A DNA stretch of 64,000 nt, taken from positions 12,774,001-12,838,000 of the forward strand of contig NC_058383.1 of the NCBI RefSeq assembly GCF_018350175.1, written 5' to 3'. Under the pieces are notes generated by a model. It was given only the letters and a program-made list of their open reading frames with translations, had not been told where the DNA came from and did no database searches. Source of the stretch: Felis catus. Its lineage: Eukaryota. Positions 1 to 13,013 of the stretch are shown piece by piece; position 1 is the first letter of the stretch, and the number at the start of each line of letters is the position of its first letter. Both the position numbers and the translations under genes were made by a program.

Positions 1-432
1 TTTTGTGCCAATACCATGCTGTCTTGATGATGACAGCTTTGTAGTAGAGGCTAAAGTCTGGGATTGTGATGCCTCCTGCTTTGGTCTTCTTCTTCAATAT
101 TACTTTGGCTATTCAGGGTCTTTTGTGGTTCCATACAAATTTTAGGATTGCTTGTTCTAGCTTCGGGAAGAATGCTGGTGCAATTTTGATTGGGATTGCA
201 TTGAATGTGTAGGTAGCTTTGGGTAGTATTGACATTTTAACAATATTTATTCTTCCAACCCATGAGCATGGAATGTTTTTCCATTTCTTTGTATCTTCAA
301 TTTCCTTCATAAGTTTTCTATAGTTTTCAACATACAGATCTTTCACATCTTTGGTTAGGTTTATTCCTAGGTATTTTATGATTCTTGGTGCAATTGTGAA
401 TGGGATCAGTTTCTTTACTTGTCTTTCTGTTG
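1..432 (-). mobile_element. LINE-1 ORF2 fragment (carnivore/felid L1), 5'-truncated at ~432, continues beyond the window start
   Basis: Minus-strand translation [25 protein letters not shown]...[23 protein letters not shown]...[45 protein letters not shown] is typical L1 ORF2 downstream of the RT core; one in-frame TGA at 113-115. Confidence 0.95.
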
Positions 433-1498
433 AAAAGCTGTATTCTTTGTAAAAAGATGTGCCAGGCAGTTTGCTAGGCACTCAGTACATAATGGATGCG
501 AAATGTGGATAGTATGTGCTTCATAAATACAATGCAAACACATAATGCCTCATTTACCTTGAATACAGAGGGAAAAGAACTTTTAAAAGAAATACAAGTG
601 CATGTGAAATATAAAAGCCTAAATTAATGTGCTAATTAGGAATAAAATAACCATAACTAAGGCATATCAGCACATAGTATCGTACTGGGATATCATTAAA
701 CTGTACTTGAGTGTACAGTAAGGCAAAGCCTTTAGTGGCAATAATCTTTGGTAATACGCTATTGAATCATTGTGTTATTTAAACAGAAAGTGAAGGCCAT
801 TATAAACTACACCTGAGAATCAAAGACAAAGAGATAAAATGACAGTTTCTTGCAAGAGAAGAGATCTGAAGAGGAAATCCTGCCTCTACTTCTTTACCTG
901 TCTTGGCTGTCTATTTCGAATGCACACGGTCCCTCTATTTTCCCAAATTGCATACTTCCCTGGTCCTTAGCCTTTCCCATTCTCCTGTTAGACCCAGGAA
1001 GCTATTATTTTATAGCCTAAAAGCTAATGCGACCCTCAGAATTATTGATGAGCATGGGCTCCTTGCAAGAAGTCACCATGTGCATCCTGCTGGAGTGGGG
1101 CAGAGTGAACAGCCTGGGGAAGGACACTGACACCTGCCAGAGCTTTTAGTGGCATTCTTGTCCAGGCTTGACATTACAGATAGAGTAAGGCATCCTGGAG
1201 TAGCCCATTAACACATGCGAAGGCAGATCTGCCAAGTATCTCAAGGGGCCATCGTCCATCTAGTATGTGTAGTTCTGGTGTTGTGTCGACACCAAGTAAG
1301 GACCAAACCCTGGATGAGAAGCTTGTGTGGATGCACGAAAAGTTTCCTTAAAAATGATAGAAGAAAAGAGGTCGCGGTGTGGAGGAGACCCATCAACAAC
1401 AGCAACAACAAAGAGTGGAAGTGAGAGATAAGAAAGGAGGAGAGGATGGAGAGAGGGTATAGTGAAGTCTGTTAGGACATTTAAAAATCGCCAGAAAG

Positions 1499-1598
1499 AT
1501 GGCTGCCTCAGTCAGTGGAGCCTGCAACTCTTGATCTCGGGGTTGTGGGTTTGAGCCCCATGTTGGGTGCAGAGATTATTACTTAAAAATAAAATCTT
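1499..1598 (+). mobile_element. Short carnivore tRNA-derived SINE
   Basis: tggctgcctcagtcagtggagc...cttgatctcggggttgtgggtttgagccccatgttggg...acttaaaaataaaatctt; gccagaaaga occurs on both sides (~1490 and ~1622). Confidence 0.8.
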
Positions 1599-1827
1599 CC
1601 AGGGGGACAAAAATCAAATTTGCCAGAAAGAGAAATGTTAACCTCAACCACCAGAGAGAAATAGACCTCTTTTAGGTACGTCCCTTCCGTAAAATGAAGT
1701 GGTGGCAAGAGAAAGTATCTTAAAAATTAATGCATGTTAAGGAAGAAATAAGGTGGTCAGCAGAGGACAGGATGGCACTTTGAAGTGCTAAAGAGGTAAC
1801 AAGTGGACATAAAAGTATTCATGTTGA

Positions 1828-2038
1828 GAGGCACCTGCGTGGCTCAGTCAGTTAAACATCCGACTTTGGCTCAGCTTATGATCTTACAGTTCATGGGTTT
1901 AAGCCCCGGGTCGGGCTCTGTGCTGACAGCTTGGAGCCTGGAACCTGCTTCAGATTCTGTGTCTCCCTCTCTCTCTGCCCTTCCTCTGCTCATGCTCTGT
2001 CTCTGCCTTTCTCAAAAATAAATGAACATTAAAATAAA
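1828..2038 (+). mobile_element. SINEC (felid CanSINE)
   Basis: gaggcacctgcgtggctcagtcagttaa head, (CT)-rich linker, aaaataaat tail. Confidence 0.93.
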
Positions 2039-2967
2039 CTATTTGTATTGATATGACAAGGGGGTGGGATTTGTGTGCCCAGAAAAAGGCCATGACAAGG
2101 ACTGATGTACAGCAGTGAGAAAACAGCAGTAGGAATAATAAAGGGTCCAAAGTGAACCAGGCAATAAGAAAGGCCAAAACTGACTGCACAACAAATCTGG
2201 CTAACAGAGAACAGTGCAGGAAGACAATGTAAAATCAGACTCAACAATAAGAGTAAGAAAGAGAGCAACTCTGATGCAGAAAGAAGCAGATTTAAGTGAA
2301 ATTCCAAAGCATTTCCTTAAAGGCTTACATGATTTTGAAGAACTGGAAAAACATAAATATTTATTCGGGCAGAGCAAGAACTTGAGCACAGAATACAAAT
2401 TCTAAGCCTAAAACAAAACCAAAAAGAAAAGTTTTCAATTCGCAAACTCATTTGTGTTCCTTCTTTTCATTCACTAATGGTTTTCTTTGTTTGGCTTTTG
2501 TAAGGGGCCACCGCTTTCCCACAGCAGCAGGTGATAACTGGTCCTCATGTTCCAAGAGTGGCCCACGAAAGTCTGTTTAACTATTAAAACTGTACATTCA
2601 CAGTAATGCTGGGAATCGGCCTGAGTTCTGAATCCTGGGAGAAACGAGTGACAAGAGAACAGGGGAAGAGAAGCAGAGAAAGGAAGGGCCAGGAAGAGAA
2701 AGGGGAAAAGCAAGGAAAAGAATGACAAAGGAGGGTTTCCTCTTGTCTTGAGCAGATGCCCCACTAAGTGTTAGGAAGCTATGGGGCTCACATTCAAGCT
2801 CCAAGTCGCCTGCTGATGCCCTTTATCCTTTTTAGGCAGATGTGATTGAAATTTTAAAAAGTATGAAGGAGGGATATTTTGTAGCAAGGTTCTTCAAGGA
2901 CAGATCTTCCTAGTCATTCCTTCTTACAGCCTCCTTCCTCCTGTACTTCTCTGAAGGATCCAGTGTG

Positions 2968-3192
2968 GGTTTTTTGTTTTTTTTTTTTTTAAACATTTAC
3001 CTACTTTTGAGAGGCAGAGAGAGACAGAATGCGAGCAGGACAGAGGCAGAGAGAGAGGGAGACAGAATCTGAAGCAGGCTCCAGGATCCGAGCTGTCAGC
3101 ACAGAGCCCGACGTGGGGCTCGAACCCACAAACTGAGCTCATGACCTGAGCTAAAGTCGGACACTTAACCGACTGAGCCACCCAGGTGCCCC
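2968..3192 (-). mobile_element. SINEC (felid CanSINE)
   Basis: Poly-T tail, reverse-complement head ending caggtgcccc; TSD aaggatccagtgt at 2954-2966 and 3195-3207. Confidence 0.95.
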
Positions 3193-4483
3193 TAAAGGAT
3201 CCAGTGTTTTGATGTGGGACTTCCTGAGGGTCTTGGCATACAAGGGTAGGGGCAGTTGTTCATCAATTTGAAGCTTATGAGATAAGAATTACCTAATAGA
3301 ATAAAATAGTTTCTTTGATTGTATATAGAGAAGTGGTATTATAAAGTATAAATGAAATACAGATGGAGACTAGTTAAATCTTTTAATATGGAGAAGTACT
3401 CACAATGTAACACAGCCCAACACCCTGCGTCCATTGGGTGAAAAATTGTGTGATATACTGAGAGATCTGTAAGGGATGTGAGGATTTAGGGATGTAGATA
3501 CATGACAGAAGTTTAGAAAAAACATGGAGAGTCATCTTGGAAATTAAGGTATGGAAAGAGGCAATGGAAAAGATATAAAAGGCAAAAATGGTGAGAATTA
3601 AATCTGACATTTGCCTAGGCAAGAAAACAAGATTAGTCAAACTATGAAAAAGAACTACTCATAGAACACAGAAAGAAAATGAAAAAAAGTTACAAAACTC
3701 CCACTGATTAGACAATTTGAAAGACAATTGTTAAAAACTAAAGTAAAAAGAATAAAAGGCTGAGACAGAAAAAATAACCCTCAAAAGGACACAAAAAGTA
3801 TTTAAGTTGTTAAGGTATGTATTATAATTATAGGAGAAATAAATACATCTGTAAGAAGATTAGAAGAGATTTTTTTAAGGCATAATTTCCCAATAAAGGG
3901 CCTTCTTATTGGTGACATTTCAGGGGGGAAAAATATCTCCAAAAGGACAATGAATGATCATATGGTGAGTTTTGGTTGAATTTTTTTTTTTTAACATACT
4001 GCTTCCTCCAGGGTCATTATGCTTCTAAATTGCATAGATAAAGAAAATAGCTACAAATGAAAGTTTTTGCTTAGTAATGTTCCTTATTTTTAGCTGTTCA
4101 GAAGTTATTTTTATTCACCTTCAAAAGCTCAGCAATTTTTTGATTTATCATAAACAGCATTGAATTGAATACTTTATTGCATGCAATTACCGGATACCTG
4201 CACCCAGAAGACAGAGTTAACAAAATACAGAGTTAACAAAACCAAGTTCAAGCCCCAGCCCCATCACTTAGGGAGAACGTTAAGCAAAGTAATTGAAACC
4301 CTATTCCTTCACCTTTTTATAAAATAAAAGTCTTGAACGGAAGAAAATTTATGAACTCTTAAGTCCCTTCTAGGTATGTTTATTATTCTCTAAAGGGTAA
4401 ATTAATGTTTAACTTACTCTAAGTTATTATTGCAATCTTGTCTTTAGGATGGTTTTATAAATGCCTGATTTTTCACTAAGATT

Positions 4484-4722
4484 GATTGACTGATTGATTG
4501 ATTTTAATTGTTTTTTTTTCAACGTTTATTTATTTTTGGGACAGAGAGAGACAGAGCATGAACGGGGGAGGGGCAGAGAGAGAGGGAGACACAGAATCGG
4601 AAGCAGGCTCCAGGCTCTGAGCCATCAGCCCAGAGCCCGACGCGGGGCTCGAACCCACGGACCGTGAGATCGTGACCTGGCTGAAGTTGGACGCTTAACC
4701 GACTGCGCCACCCAGGCGCCCC
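4484..4722 (-). mobile_element. Young SINEC_Fc-type SINE
   Basis: CpG-rich, nearly identical to the copies at 19826, 21709, 36846, 58574 and 60025; TSD tcactaagatt at 4473-4483 and 4723-4733; (ATTG)n at the tail end. Confidence 0.96.
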
Positions 4723-6449
4723 TCACTAAGATTTATTGACAGCCTAAAATAATCCAAAATTTATAGGTAAGAAGAAAGAGGATAAATGGATTATGGCTTC
4801 AGAGGCAATATTTCTTCCATTATATGGAGGAAAATAGTTGGATATCATTACAAAACTTTAAGCACAGAAATCACATTAAAAACATGCAATTTTATATTAT
4901 TTAATATGCGATATATGTTAGTATATTAACACATGAATAGCTAATTAATGTTAATAACAAATTGGTATTAATCATAGTTAAAAAGATGCATAAATGTGAA
5001 ATAATCTCCACAGTGACACTATGTGATTTTTGCTCCCATTATCATTATTTTACAGATAAATGTAAAATAATTTACTCTGAGGCTTAGAGATATTAAGTAA
5101 CTTATCCAAGATCATACAGATTTTAAGTAGAGCCCAAAGCCATTTACTGCCAAAAATGGGATATCGTTGTATATACAATAATATTTTGTGACTTGCTTTT
5201 TTAAAGTTAACGCATCCTATGATTGTTTGTTTATAAATTCACTTCAATAGCTTCATTTGTAGGGATTACATGGTATTCCATTGAAGGAATTACTGTATGT
5301 ACACATTTTCTTGTTTGAAGGCATTTAGTTGGTTTCCAAGTTTTTACTTCTTGTGTGTGAATCCTTGTACACATCTTTAAATATTACTCGGAAAACATTT
5401 TTAGATATAGAATTGCCAGGTCAAAAGCCATTGAGTATTTTTAAAACTTTTTATATTACTAACCATGTATTTCATTTTATTCTTTTACATGTAGTTTCGC
5501 TCCTTTGAAGTGATCTAAGAGGTTGTTAATTAAACCCTCTGTTGTTTGTTGTTAATAGTTCCTTTTGTGGTTCTTACTCTGCCACTTAAAAGAGAAATTC
5601 AAGTAGGTGAAGAGATATTTCAGTACTTCCCAGGAGATAAAAGGATAGGAGGAGAAATTTTTGTTTTCCTCATCTTTTGTGGAAAATTACAGAAACTGAC
5701 AGAGAAAGTACAGGAAAGAAATTGATTCCCTCCATGGGTGTAGTACTGGGACTGAACAATACAGAAGAAAAATGAAACATTAAGCCTAAGTACTTTGATA
5801 CCAAGCCTTCTTATAACTGGAGAAATCTTGCTGTTTGCCCAATATTTTTTAAAATCCTAGATAGTCAGAATAGAGGTTTCCTGGGGCAGGACTTGGGTTA
5901 GGATAAAAATGCATCTAGCTTAAGATCTGTGTACTTTATAGTATGTATGTCACGCCTCCAAACAAACCATCTCAGATTCTTGGCATCACGTAAACCAGAC
6001 GTCTAGGGTCAACGGGACTTTCATTTAACTTCCAGGTATTTTTACATGCTTTTACTATCATTTAAATCTACTACATATTTAGGCAGTAAACACATAAACA
6101 CAGTAAGTCAAACTCTGGCAAGCTGGAAGACTTGTTTTTCTTCTTCTAAGTTTGGATGAATGCCCCATTTTAATCTCTAACAGATATTTAGGTAGCCTCC
6201 ATTTTTTTTTTTTTTTTTTTGCTATTGTGACTCCTTGTACATAATTTTTTGTGTGTATCTTTAATTATTAACTGAAGATAAATTTCCAGGAAGCTGCCTT
6301 TCAGTGATCCGAAGAGGAGATGACATATGCCACCCTAGTGCTAACAGTTCCTCAGAAGTTAAATGGGGCACAACATATCTCAAAAGAATAAGACTGATCA
6401 AACACTGTTTAGACCAGTTGAGCCACCTCAGAAAAAAGGGCTCAGAATA

Positions 6450-6640
6450 GGGGCGCCTGGATGGCTCAGTTGGTTAAGTGGCCAACTTTGGCTCAGGTCA
6501 TGATCTCACCGCCTGTGAGTTGGAGCCCCGTACGGGCTCTATGCTGACAGCTTCGAGCCTGGAGCCTGTTTCTGATTCTGTGTCTCCCTCTCTCTCTGCC
6601 CATCCCCTGCTCAAGCTCTGTCTCTGTCTCTCTCAAAAAT

Positions 6641-6673
<33 letters not shown>

Positions 6674-6697
6674 AAATAAATAAATAAATAAATTTTT
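6450..6697 (+). mobile_element. SINEC
   Basis: ggggcgcctggatggctcag head, long A and (TAAA)n tail; TSD ggctcagaata on both sides. Confidence 0.95.
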
Positions 6698-6748
6698 AAA
6701 AAAGGCTCAGAATATAGCACTATCTCATCTTTAAAAAGTATTGGGGGT

Positions 6749-7560
6749 GGGGCACCTGGGTGGCTCAGGGGGTTGGATATCTGACTTCAGCCCAGGTCAG
6801 GATCTCCCAGTTCATGGGTTGGAGTCCCCCAGCGGGCTCTGCGCTGACAGCTCAGCACCTGCTTCAGATTCTGTGTCTCACTCTCTCTGTCTCTGTCTCT
6901 GTCTCTGTCTCTGTCTCTCTGCCCCTTCCCCACTCACACTGTCTCTCTCTGTTCTTTCAAAAATGAATAAATTAAAACAATATATTGGGGGTGCCTGGGT
7001 GGTTCAGTAGGTTAAGCATCTGATTCTGGATTTCAGCTCAGGTCTTCATCTCAGGGTTGTGAGTTCAAGCCGCACGTTGGGCTCTATTCTCAGCGTGAAG
7101 TCCACTGCATAAATATATAAATAAGTAAATAGGGGAACCTGGGTGGCTCAGATGGTTGAGTGTCCGACTTTGGCTCAGGTCATGATCTTGCGGTTCACAA
7201 GTTCCAGCCCCGTGTCAGGCTCCATACTGACAGCTCAGAGTCTGGAGCCTGCTTCAAATTCTGTGTCTCTCTCTCTCTCTCTGCCCCTCCCGCCCCTCTC
7301 AAAAATAAATAAAAACATTAAAAAATTATTAAATAAGTAAATAATAAAAAATATTGGAGTGTGGGGCGCCTGGCTGGCTCAGTCAGCAGAACATGTGACT
7401 CTTGATCTCAGGATCATGAGTTCAAGCCCCACATTTGTCACAGAGCTTACTTTAAAAATACAATAAAATAAATACAATATTAAAAAATACAATAAACTAT
7501 AAATACAATAAATTGTAAAAAATACAATAAAATAAAAAATATATATTAAAAAAATTTTAA
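6749..7560 (+). mobile_element. Cluster of four same-orientation SINEs (6749-6977, 6988-7116, 7132-7329, 7363-7560)
   Basis: Four tRNA-like heads (ggggcacctgggtggctcag and variants); TSDs taaataagtaaata (7118-7131 / 7330-7343) and taaaaaatattggagt (7345-7360 / 7561-7576). Confidence 0.93.
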
Positions 7561-9029
7561 TAAAAAATATTGGAGTTTCGAGTAACCCAAAAGAGAATAG
7601 TAAGCATGCAGATATTGTACTTCTCCTAAGCATAGCCAGCTAAAATTTCCCTTTCTAGAAAGTCAATCTCAGTCTTCACATTTTATCGGACGAAACATAC
7701 AATTTGGGGACTTTTTCAAGATCTTAGATACTTAAGAAAAAGCGTTTATCTAACCCCTGATAAAAATAAAAATGCACTTCTCATGATCGGCTACATGATG
7801 ATACATAAATCAAAATCCAAGCTCTTTTTTGATTTGGGCTGTATTGTACAGGCAGTATTTTTGTATTGCTGAATAATTACTTGTTTGCAGGTGTGTTTGC
7901 TTTAATATTAGACAGAACTGCTTTCTCTCTATCCTTCAAAAACCCATCCCTTTTGTTTTCTAGAACATATATTTTGGTTGGCAAAGCAACTCAAGCCTCT
8001 GCCTGCGTTCGCATTTCTCCAATGTCTCAGTACAATAGTGCAGACATTTGTTTGTGAACACAATCTTGTAAGATATCTGTATTTTTGGTTGGAATCCAGT
8101 TCATCTGTTACAATTTAGTGATGTTCTAAGCTTTTACTTCCATCTCTTAGACCCTAAAATGACTTCATGTCTTGGCTGAGCTTCAGAGTTTCAGCATACA
8201 CAGACAGATCCAGACTTTCTCATTCCCCTTACCATGCTGGGCTATTACCAGCAGTTTCTGGGGCATGAAAAACATCTAAACTGGCAAACTTCAGAAAAAG
8301 CAGGGTTTTTTTTTTGTTTTTTGTTTTTTTTTTTTTTCAGGAATATCTTGCTTCATTGTGACAAAAGGCCAACCTGTTCCCCTGTCTAAAATATGCAGTG
8401 GAGTTATTTTAGCTTCCGGAATTTTCCATTCTGAGTAAGATTTTATATTGAGAAAAAGGAAAAAAAAAAAAAGAAACCACAAAAAACAGTCCTATCAACT
8501 CTCCAAAACTTAGTAATTGTGTGGTACTGGATCCTTGCAATCTTTACCTAGTTAACTGCTTAGAATGCCCTTAGTCAAGCTTATATCTCTCTTCTCCTCC
8601 CAGTCAGCCTGGCAGAAAAGGATTCTTCTTTGCAGAAACTAAACAACCCTGGGGGGGGGGGGGACATGTATATGCCAGCATTTATAGGCCCTATCAGTGA
8701 CAAAGCCAGCCAGCTTGAAGCTTCATCGTCCTGTGATGCTTTCCATGCATCAACCTTCTCTGGAAACTAGTATTTCCAAGTAGCTAATTATTGCCATACT
8801 CTTTAATATGAACAGACAGCTAAGGAACCAGACATTTGGAGGAAAATCTCCAAAATGAAAGACAGAGACCAAAGTGAACAACAGTTGGGGGGTGTAGGGA
8901 TGGGACAGGGATAAGGAAAGTGATAGAAAGAGTCACAGAGTAGGAAGAAAACTTAACAACTAAGAATAGCCTCAGAGAGGAGCCCATACAACACATGCAC
9001 AAAAGAATGTCCCCTTAAAAACGGGACAG

Positions 9030-10520
9030 ACAGCAACAGACTTTAGAAATTCGAAGGGGGAAAGCAAATTCAGTACACGAGTTTGAAGACAGAGTTGAAG
9101 AAATCTTTCAGAAATTAAGACAAAAAAGACAAAGAGGTGAAAATATGAGAGAAAAGACAAGACAATAATAAGATCAGTTCAGGAGTTTCAACACATGAAA
9201 AATTTAAGTTGCAGAAAATGAAGAGGAGGAAATTATGAAAACCAAAACCCCAAAACATCCCAGCTTAAAAGGGGCTGAGTTATTAGGCACTATGCTGAAT
9301 AACAACAGATGAGAAAACATTCCGTACCAAGATATATCATTGTGAAATTTCAGAAGACAAAGTATGAGGAGAATATTTTAAAAGCTCACAGAAATTAAAA
9401 CAACGGTGAGGTACTATTATACCGGCCAGCATCCAGAGCAGAGCAGTCACTGACAATACCAAATACCGATGATTTGGAGCAGTAGGAATTCTTATTCATT
9501 GTTGGCGGGAATGCAAACTGGTACAGCCACTTTGGAAGACAGTTGGGCAATTTCTAACAAAATGAAACGTACTCTTACTATATGATCCAGCAATTACACT
9601 CTTTGGTCTTTGCCCAAAGGAGTCGAAAACTTAACATCCACACCAAAACCTGCATATAGAAGTTTACAGCAGCTTTATTCATAATTGCCAATACTTGGAA
9701 GCAATCAAGATGTCTCTCAGGTGAATGGATAAACTATAGTACATCCAAACAAAGGAAAGTGATTCAGTGCTGAAAAGAAATGAGCTATCAAACCATGAAA
9801 AAGACAGGGAGGAATCTTAAATGCATATTACCAAGTGACAGAAACCAATCTGAAAAGGCTACATACTGTATGATTCCAACTGCGTGCTACTCTGGAAAAG
9901 ACAAAACAAAGGAGACAGCTAAAAGGTCATTGCTTGTCAGGGGTTGTGGGGGAGGGGAAAAGAGGGATAACTAGGTGGAGCACAGAGGATTTTCAGTGCA
10001 GTGAAAATATTCTGTATGACGTTGCAATGACGGACACGTGTTATTACACATTTGTCCAAACCCACAGAATGTACGACAACAAGAATGAACCCTATGAACC
10101 CCGTGTAAAGTATGGATTTGGGGTGATATGATGTGTCAATGTAAGGTCATCAGTTTTAACCAACTCTGATGGGAGATGTTGATAATGGAGAGGCTAGGCA
10201 TGGGTAAGAGCGGGAGGTATATGGGAAATCTGTGTACCTTCTCCTCAATTTTGCTGTAAGACTTAAACTATTTTGAAAAAAATGAAGTCTTTTTTAAAAA
10301 ATCTAAAAAACAAAAACCTTACAGAGAGGAAAAACAGACCTCATATAATGGGATTGAAAATCCCAATGGCATCAGAGTTCTCCATAGCCAAATTGGAAGC
10401 TTAGAGCAAATGAAATAATGCCTCAATATCCAGAAGGGTAATGATTTCCAACCCAGAATTTTGTTCCCAGGTAAACTACCAATTCAATGTGAAGATAGTA
10501 AGGCTATTTTTAGCCGTTCA
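9030..10520 (+). mobile_element. Ancient L1 ORF1 remnant interrupted by an L1MC-like 3' end (~9410-10310)
   Basis: ORF1-like motifs ccaagatatatcattgtgaaatttc (PRHIIVKF-like, ~9326) and gatttccaacccagaattttgttcccaggtaaacta (FQPRILYPAKL-like, ~10443) flank an L1 3' UTR containing aactggtacagccactttggaagac and aatctgaaaaggctacatactgtatgattccaac. Confidence 0.75.
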
Positions 10521-10559
10521 GTAATTTTAAATATTTGTATCCATCTTATCCACTGGATG

Positions 10560-11625
10560 ATATAGAATTAACATATGATCTAGTATTTCATTTCTAGGTA
10601 TATACCAAAAGAATTGAAAACAGATTCAAACAGATACTTGTACACCAATGTTCATAGCAGTGTTGTTCACAGTAGCCAAAAGATGGAAACAACCCAAGTT
10701 TCTATCAACATATGGGTGGATAAACAGAATGTGGTAGAGAATTACAATGGGATATTTTTCAGTCTTAAAAATAAATGAAATTCTGATAAATGCTACAACA
10801 TGGATGAACCTTGAAAACATTATTTTTAGTGAAATAAGCCAGACACAAAAGGATAAATATGTATGATTCTTCTTATATGAGGTACTTAGAATAGGCAAAA
10901 TATAGAGAACAGAAATGTATAGCAGAGATTACTAGGGGTTAGAGGAGAGGGAATAGAGAGTTATTATTGAATGGGTACAGAGTTTCTGTTTGGGATGATG
11001 GGAAAGTTCTGGAAATGGATAGTGATGATGGTTGTACAACATTGTGAATGTTCCTTTTTTTAATATTTTTATTAAAAAATTTTTTTAATGTTTATTCATT
11101 TTTGAGAGACAGAGAGAGACAGAGCATGAGCGGGGAAGGGGCAGAGAAAGGGAAACACAGAATCTGAAACAGGCTCCAGGCTCTGAGCTGTCAGCACAGA
11201 GCCCAACGTGGGACTCGAACCCATGAACTGTGAGATCCTGACCTAAGCTGAAGTCGGATGCTCAACGGACTGAGCCAGCCAGGTGTCCCAATGTTCCTTT
11301 TTTTAAAATAAATTTTTTAACGTTTATTTATTTTTGGAGAGAGAGAGAGAGAGCGAGTGCGAGCGAGCACAAGTGGGGGAGGGACAGAGAGAAAGGAAGA
11401 CACAGAATCTGAAGCAGGCTCCAGGCTCTGAGCTGTCAGCACAAAGCCTGACACAGGGCTCAAACTCACAAACCATGAGATCATGGCCTGAGCCGAAGTT
11501 GGATGCTCAACTGACTGAGCCACCCAGGCACCCTGTGACTGTTCTTAATGTCACTGAATTGTACACTTAAAAATGATTAAAATGGTTAATTGCATGTTAT
11601 GTATATTTTATCATGATAAAAAAAA
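10560..11625 (+). mobile_element. L1MB-like 3' end, interrupted by two SINEs
   Basis: atgctacaacatggatgaaccttgaaaacatt...agccagacacaaaaggataaatat...gatggttgtacaacattgtgaatg, resuming after the SINEs with aatgtcactgaattgtacactt. Confidence 0.85.
11064..11533 (-). mobile_element. Two tandem antisense SINECs (11064-11289, 11306-11533)
   Basis: Two reverse-complement SINE bodies; aatgttcctttttt repeated at ~11048 and ~11291; outer repeat tgtgaatgttc / tgtgactgttc. Confidence 0.93.
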
Positions 11626-12321
11626 GTAAAGCTTGTAAAAGGAAGACAGTGTGGTCATTGAAGTCTACTTGGCATTACCATATATTCAGGGTTTTTAAGA
11701 GTAGTCAGCAGTTAATATTAGCATAGAATATCTCCTGAGTTTTAATTTACAAAATATAATAACATTGCATAAGGTGAAGGAAACAATCCTGTAGTCATGT
11801 GGGCTCAGTGGAGACGTCTAGGAAGGTACACTAGCAGGTTATTATGATGGGGGAAAGACTGGGATCGAAGAAATTGACTCTACTCACAGCTTTAAACTTT
11901 GTAGTTCATTGCTTGTTTTCCCAATCTGTAAAATGGGATAAGTAATAGCTGCTATCTCATTCAAACTGTTGGAGTAAATACAATACTGTTCATGTAGTAC
12001 AGTCAACTTCCTGGAAGATGTTTTACACAATCTTCACATCTAGTGTCATTGTGTTGGGTAAATTGACAAAAAAAAAAAAAAAAAAAATGTCTTGAGTGTT
12101 TTGCTTAAAACCGGAAAGCTATTCTCCCACTCCATACAGAGATATGGAGTGTTGTTTGCGTGGTAGGGGTTTTATTGAACGACTCAGGATGTTGGATTTC
12201 ACAGGCTTGTTCTAGTATTTAACATGCCTTTTATTAGTCAATAAGAATCTCTTATTATTTGGAAAGATGTTTGGATAGCCAGAAAACACTTCTTCAAAGT
12301 TCTAATGAGATGACAATATTC

Positions 12322-12699
12322 AGCATGTGCACGCAGAGAATGAGGGAGAGAGAGACTCCCAAGCAGGCTCTACACTCAGCGTGGAGCTTGACACAGGGCT
12401 CGATTTCAGGACCTACTCACCACCTGAGCCAATTATCAAGAATCAGATGCTTAGGGGTGCCTGGGTGGCTCAGTTGGTTTAGTGTCCGATTTTGGCTCAA
12501 GTCAAGATCTCGATCTTGTGGTTTGTGGGTTCGATCCCCTGCATGGGCTCTCTGCTGTCAGCACGGAGGCCACTTCAGATCCTCTCTCCCCCTCTCTCTG
12601 CCCTTTCCCTATTCGTTCTCTCTCTCTCTCTCTCTCTAAATAGACTTAAAAAAAAATTAAAGAATCAGATGCTTAACTCACTCAGCTACCCAGGTGCCC
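12322..12699. mobile_element. Nested SINEs: minus-strand host (12322-12453 + 12660-12699) split by a plus-strand SINEC (12454-12659)
   Basis: Inner TSD aagaatcagatgctta 12438-12453 / 12660-12675; outer TSD tgagatgacaatattc 12306-12321 / 12700-12715. Confidence 0.92.
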
Positions 12700-12715
12700 T
12701 GAGATGACAATATTC

Positions 12716-13005
12716 TTAAACTCATTGAGCCCATTTCTTCATCTGTAAAATGAAGATGTGCTCTACACCTTGTCTACTTGACAGGCTTGTTTTGAGGATT
12801 TGGTGAGGACCTTCTATTCATTTATTCATTTGGTGAATATTCACCATGAGCTTATGAGCTATGCGGCATACTGAGAATATAATGCTCAGCAAGAGAGAGA
12901 TGGTTCACACCTTCCCGAAACCTCTTGTTAAGTGGGATAGCTAACATATATATGAGGCATAAAGAACATTGCCTGGCACCTCAGTAGATGTCAATAAATA
13001 TTAGT
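12716..13005. mobile_element. MIR and L2 fragments
   Basis: MIR core ttcttcatctgtaaaatgaag...gttttgaggatt and gcctggcac...tcaataaatattag; L2 3' end (minus) attcatttattcatt...aatattcacc. Confidence 0.65.
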
Positions 13006-13013
13006 CTCCTAAC

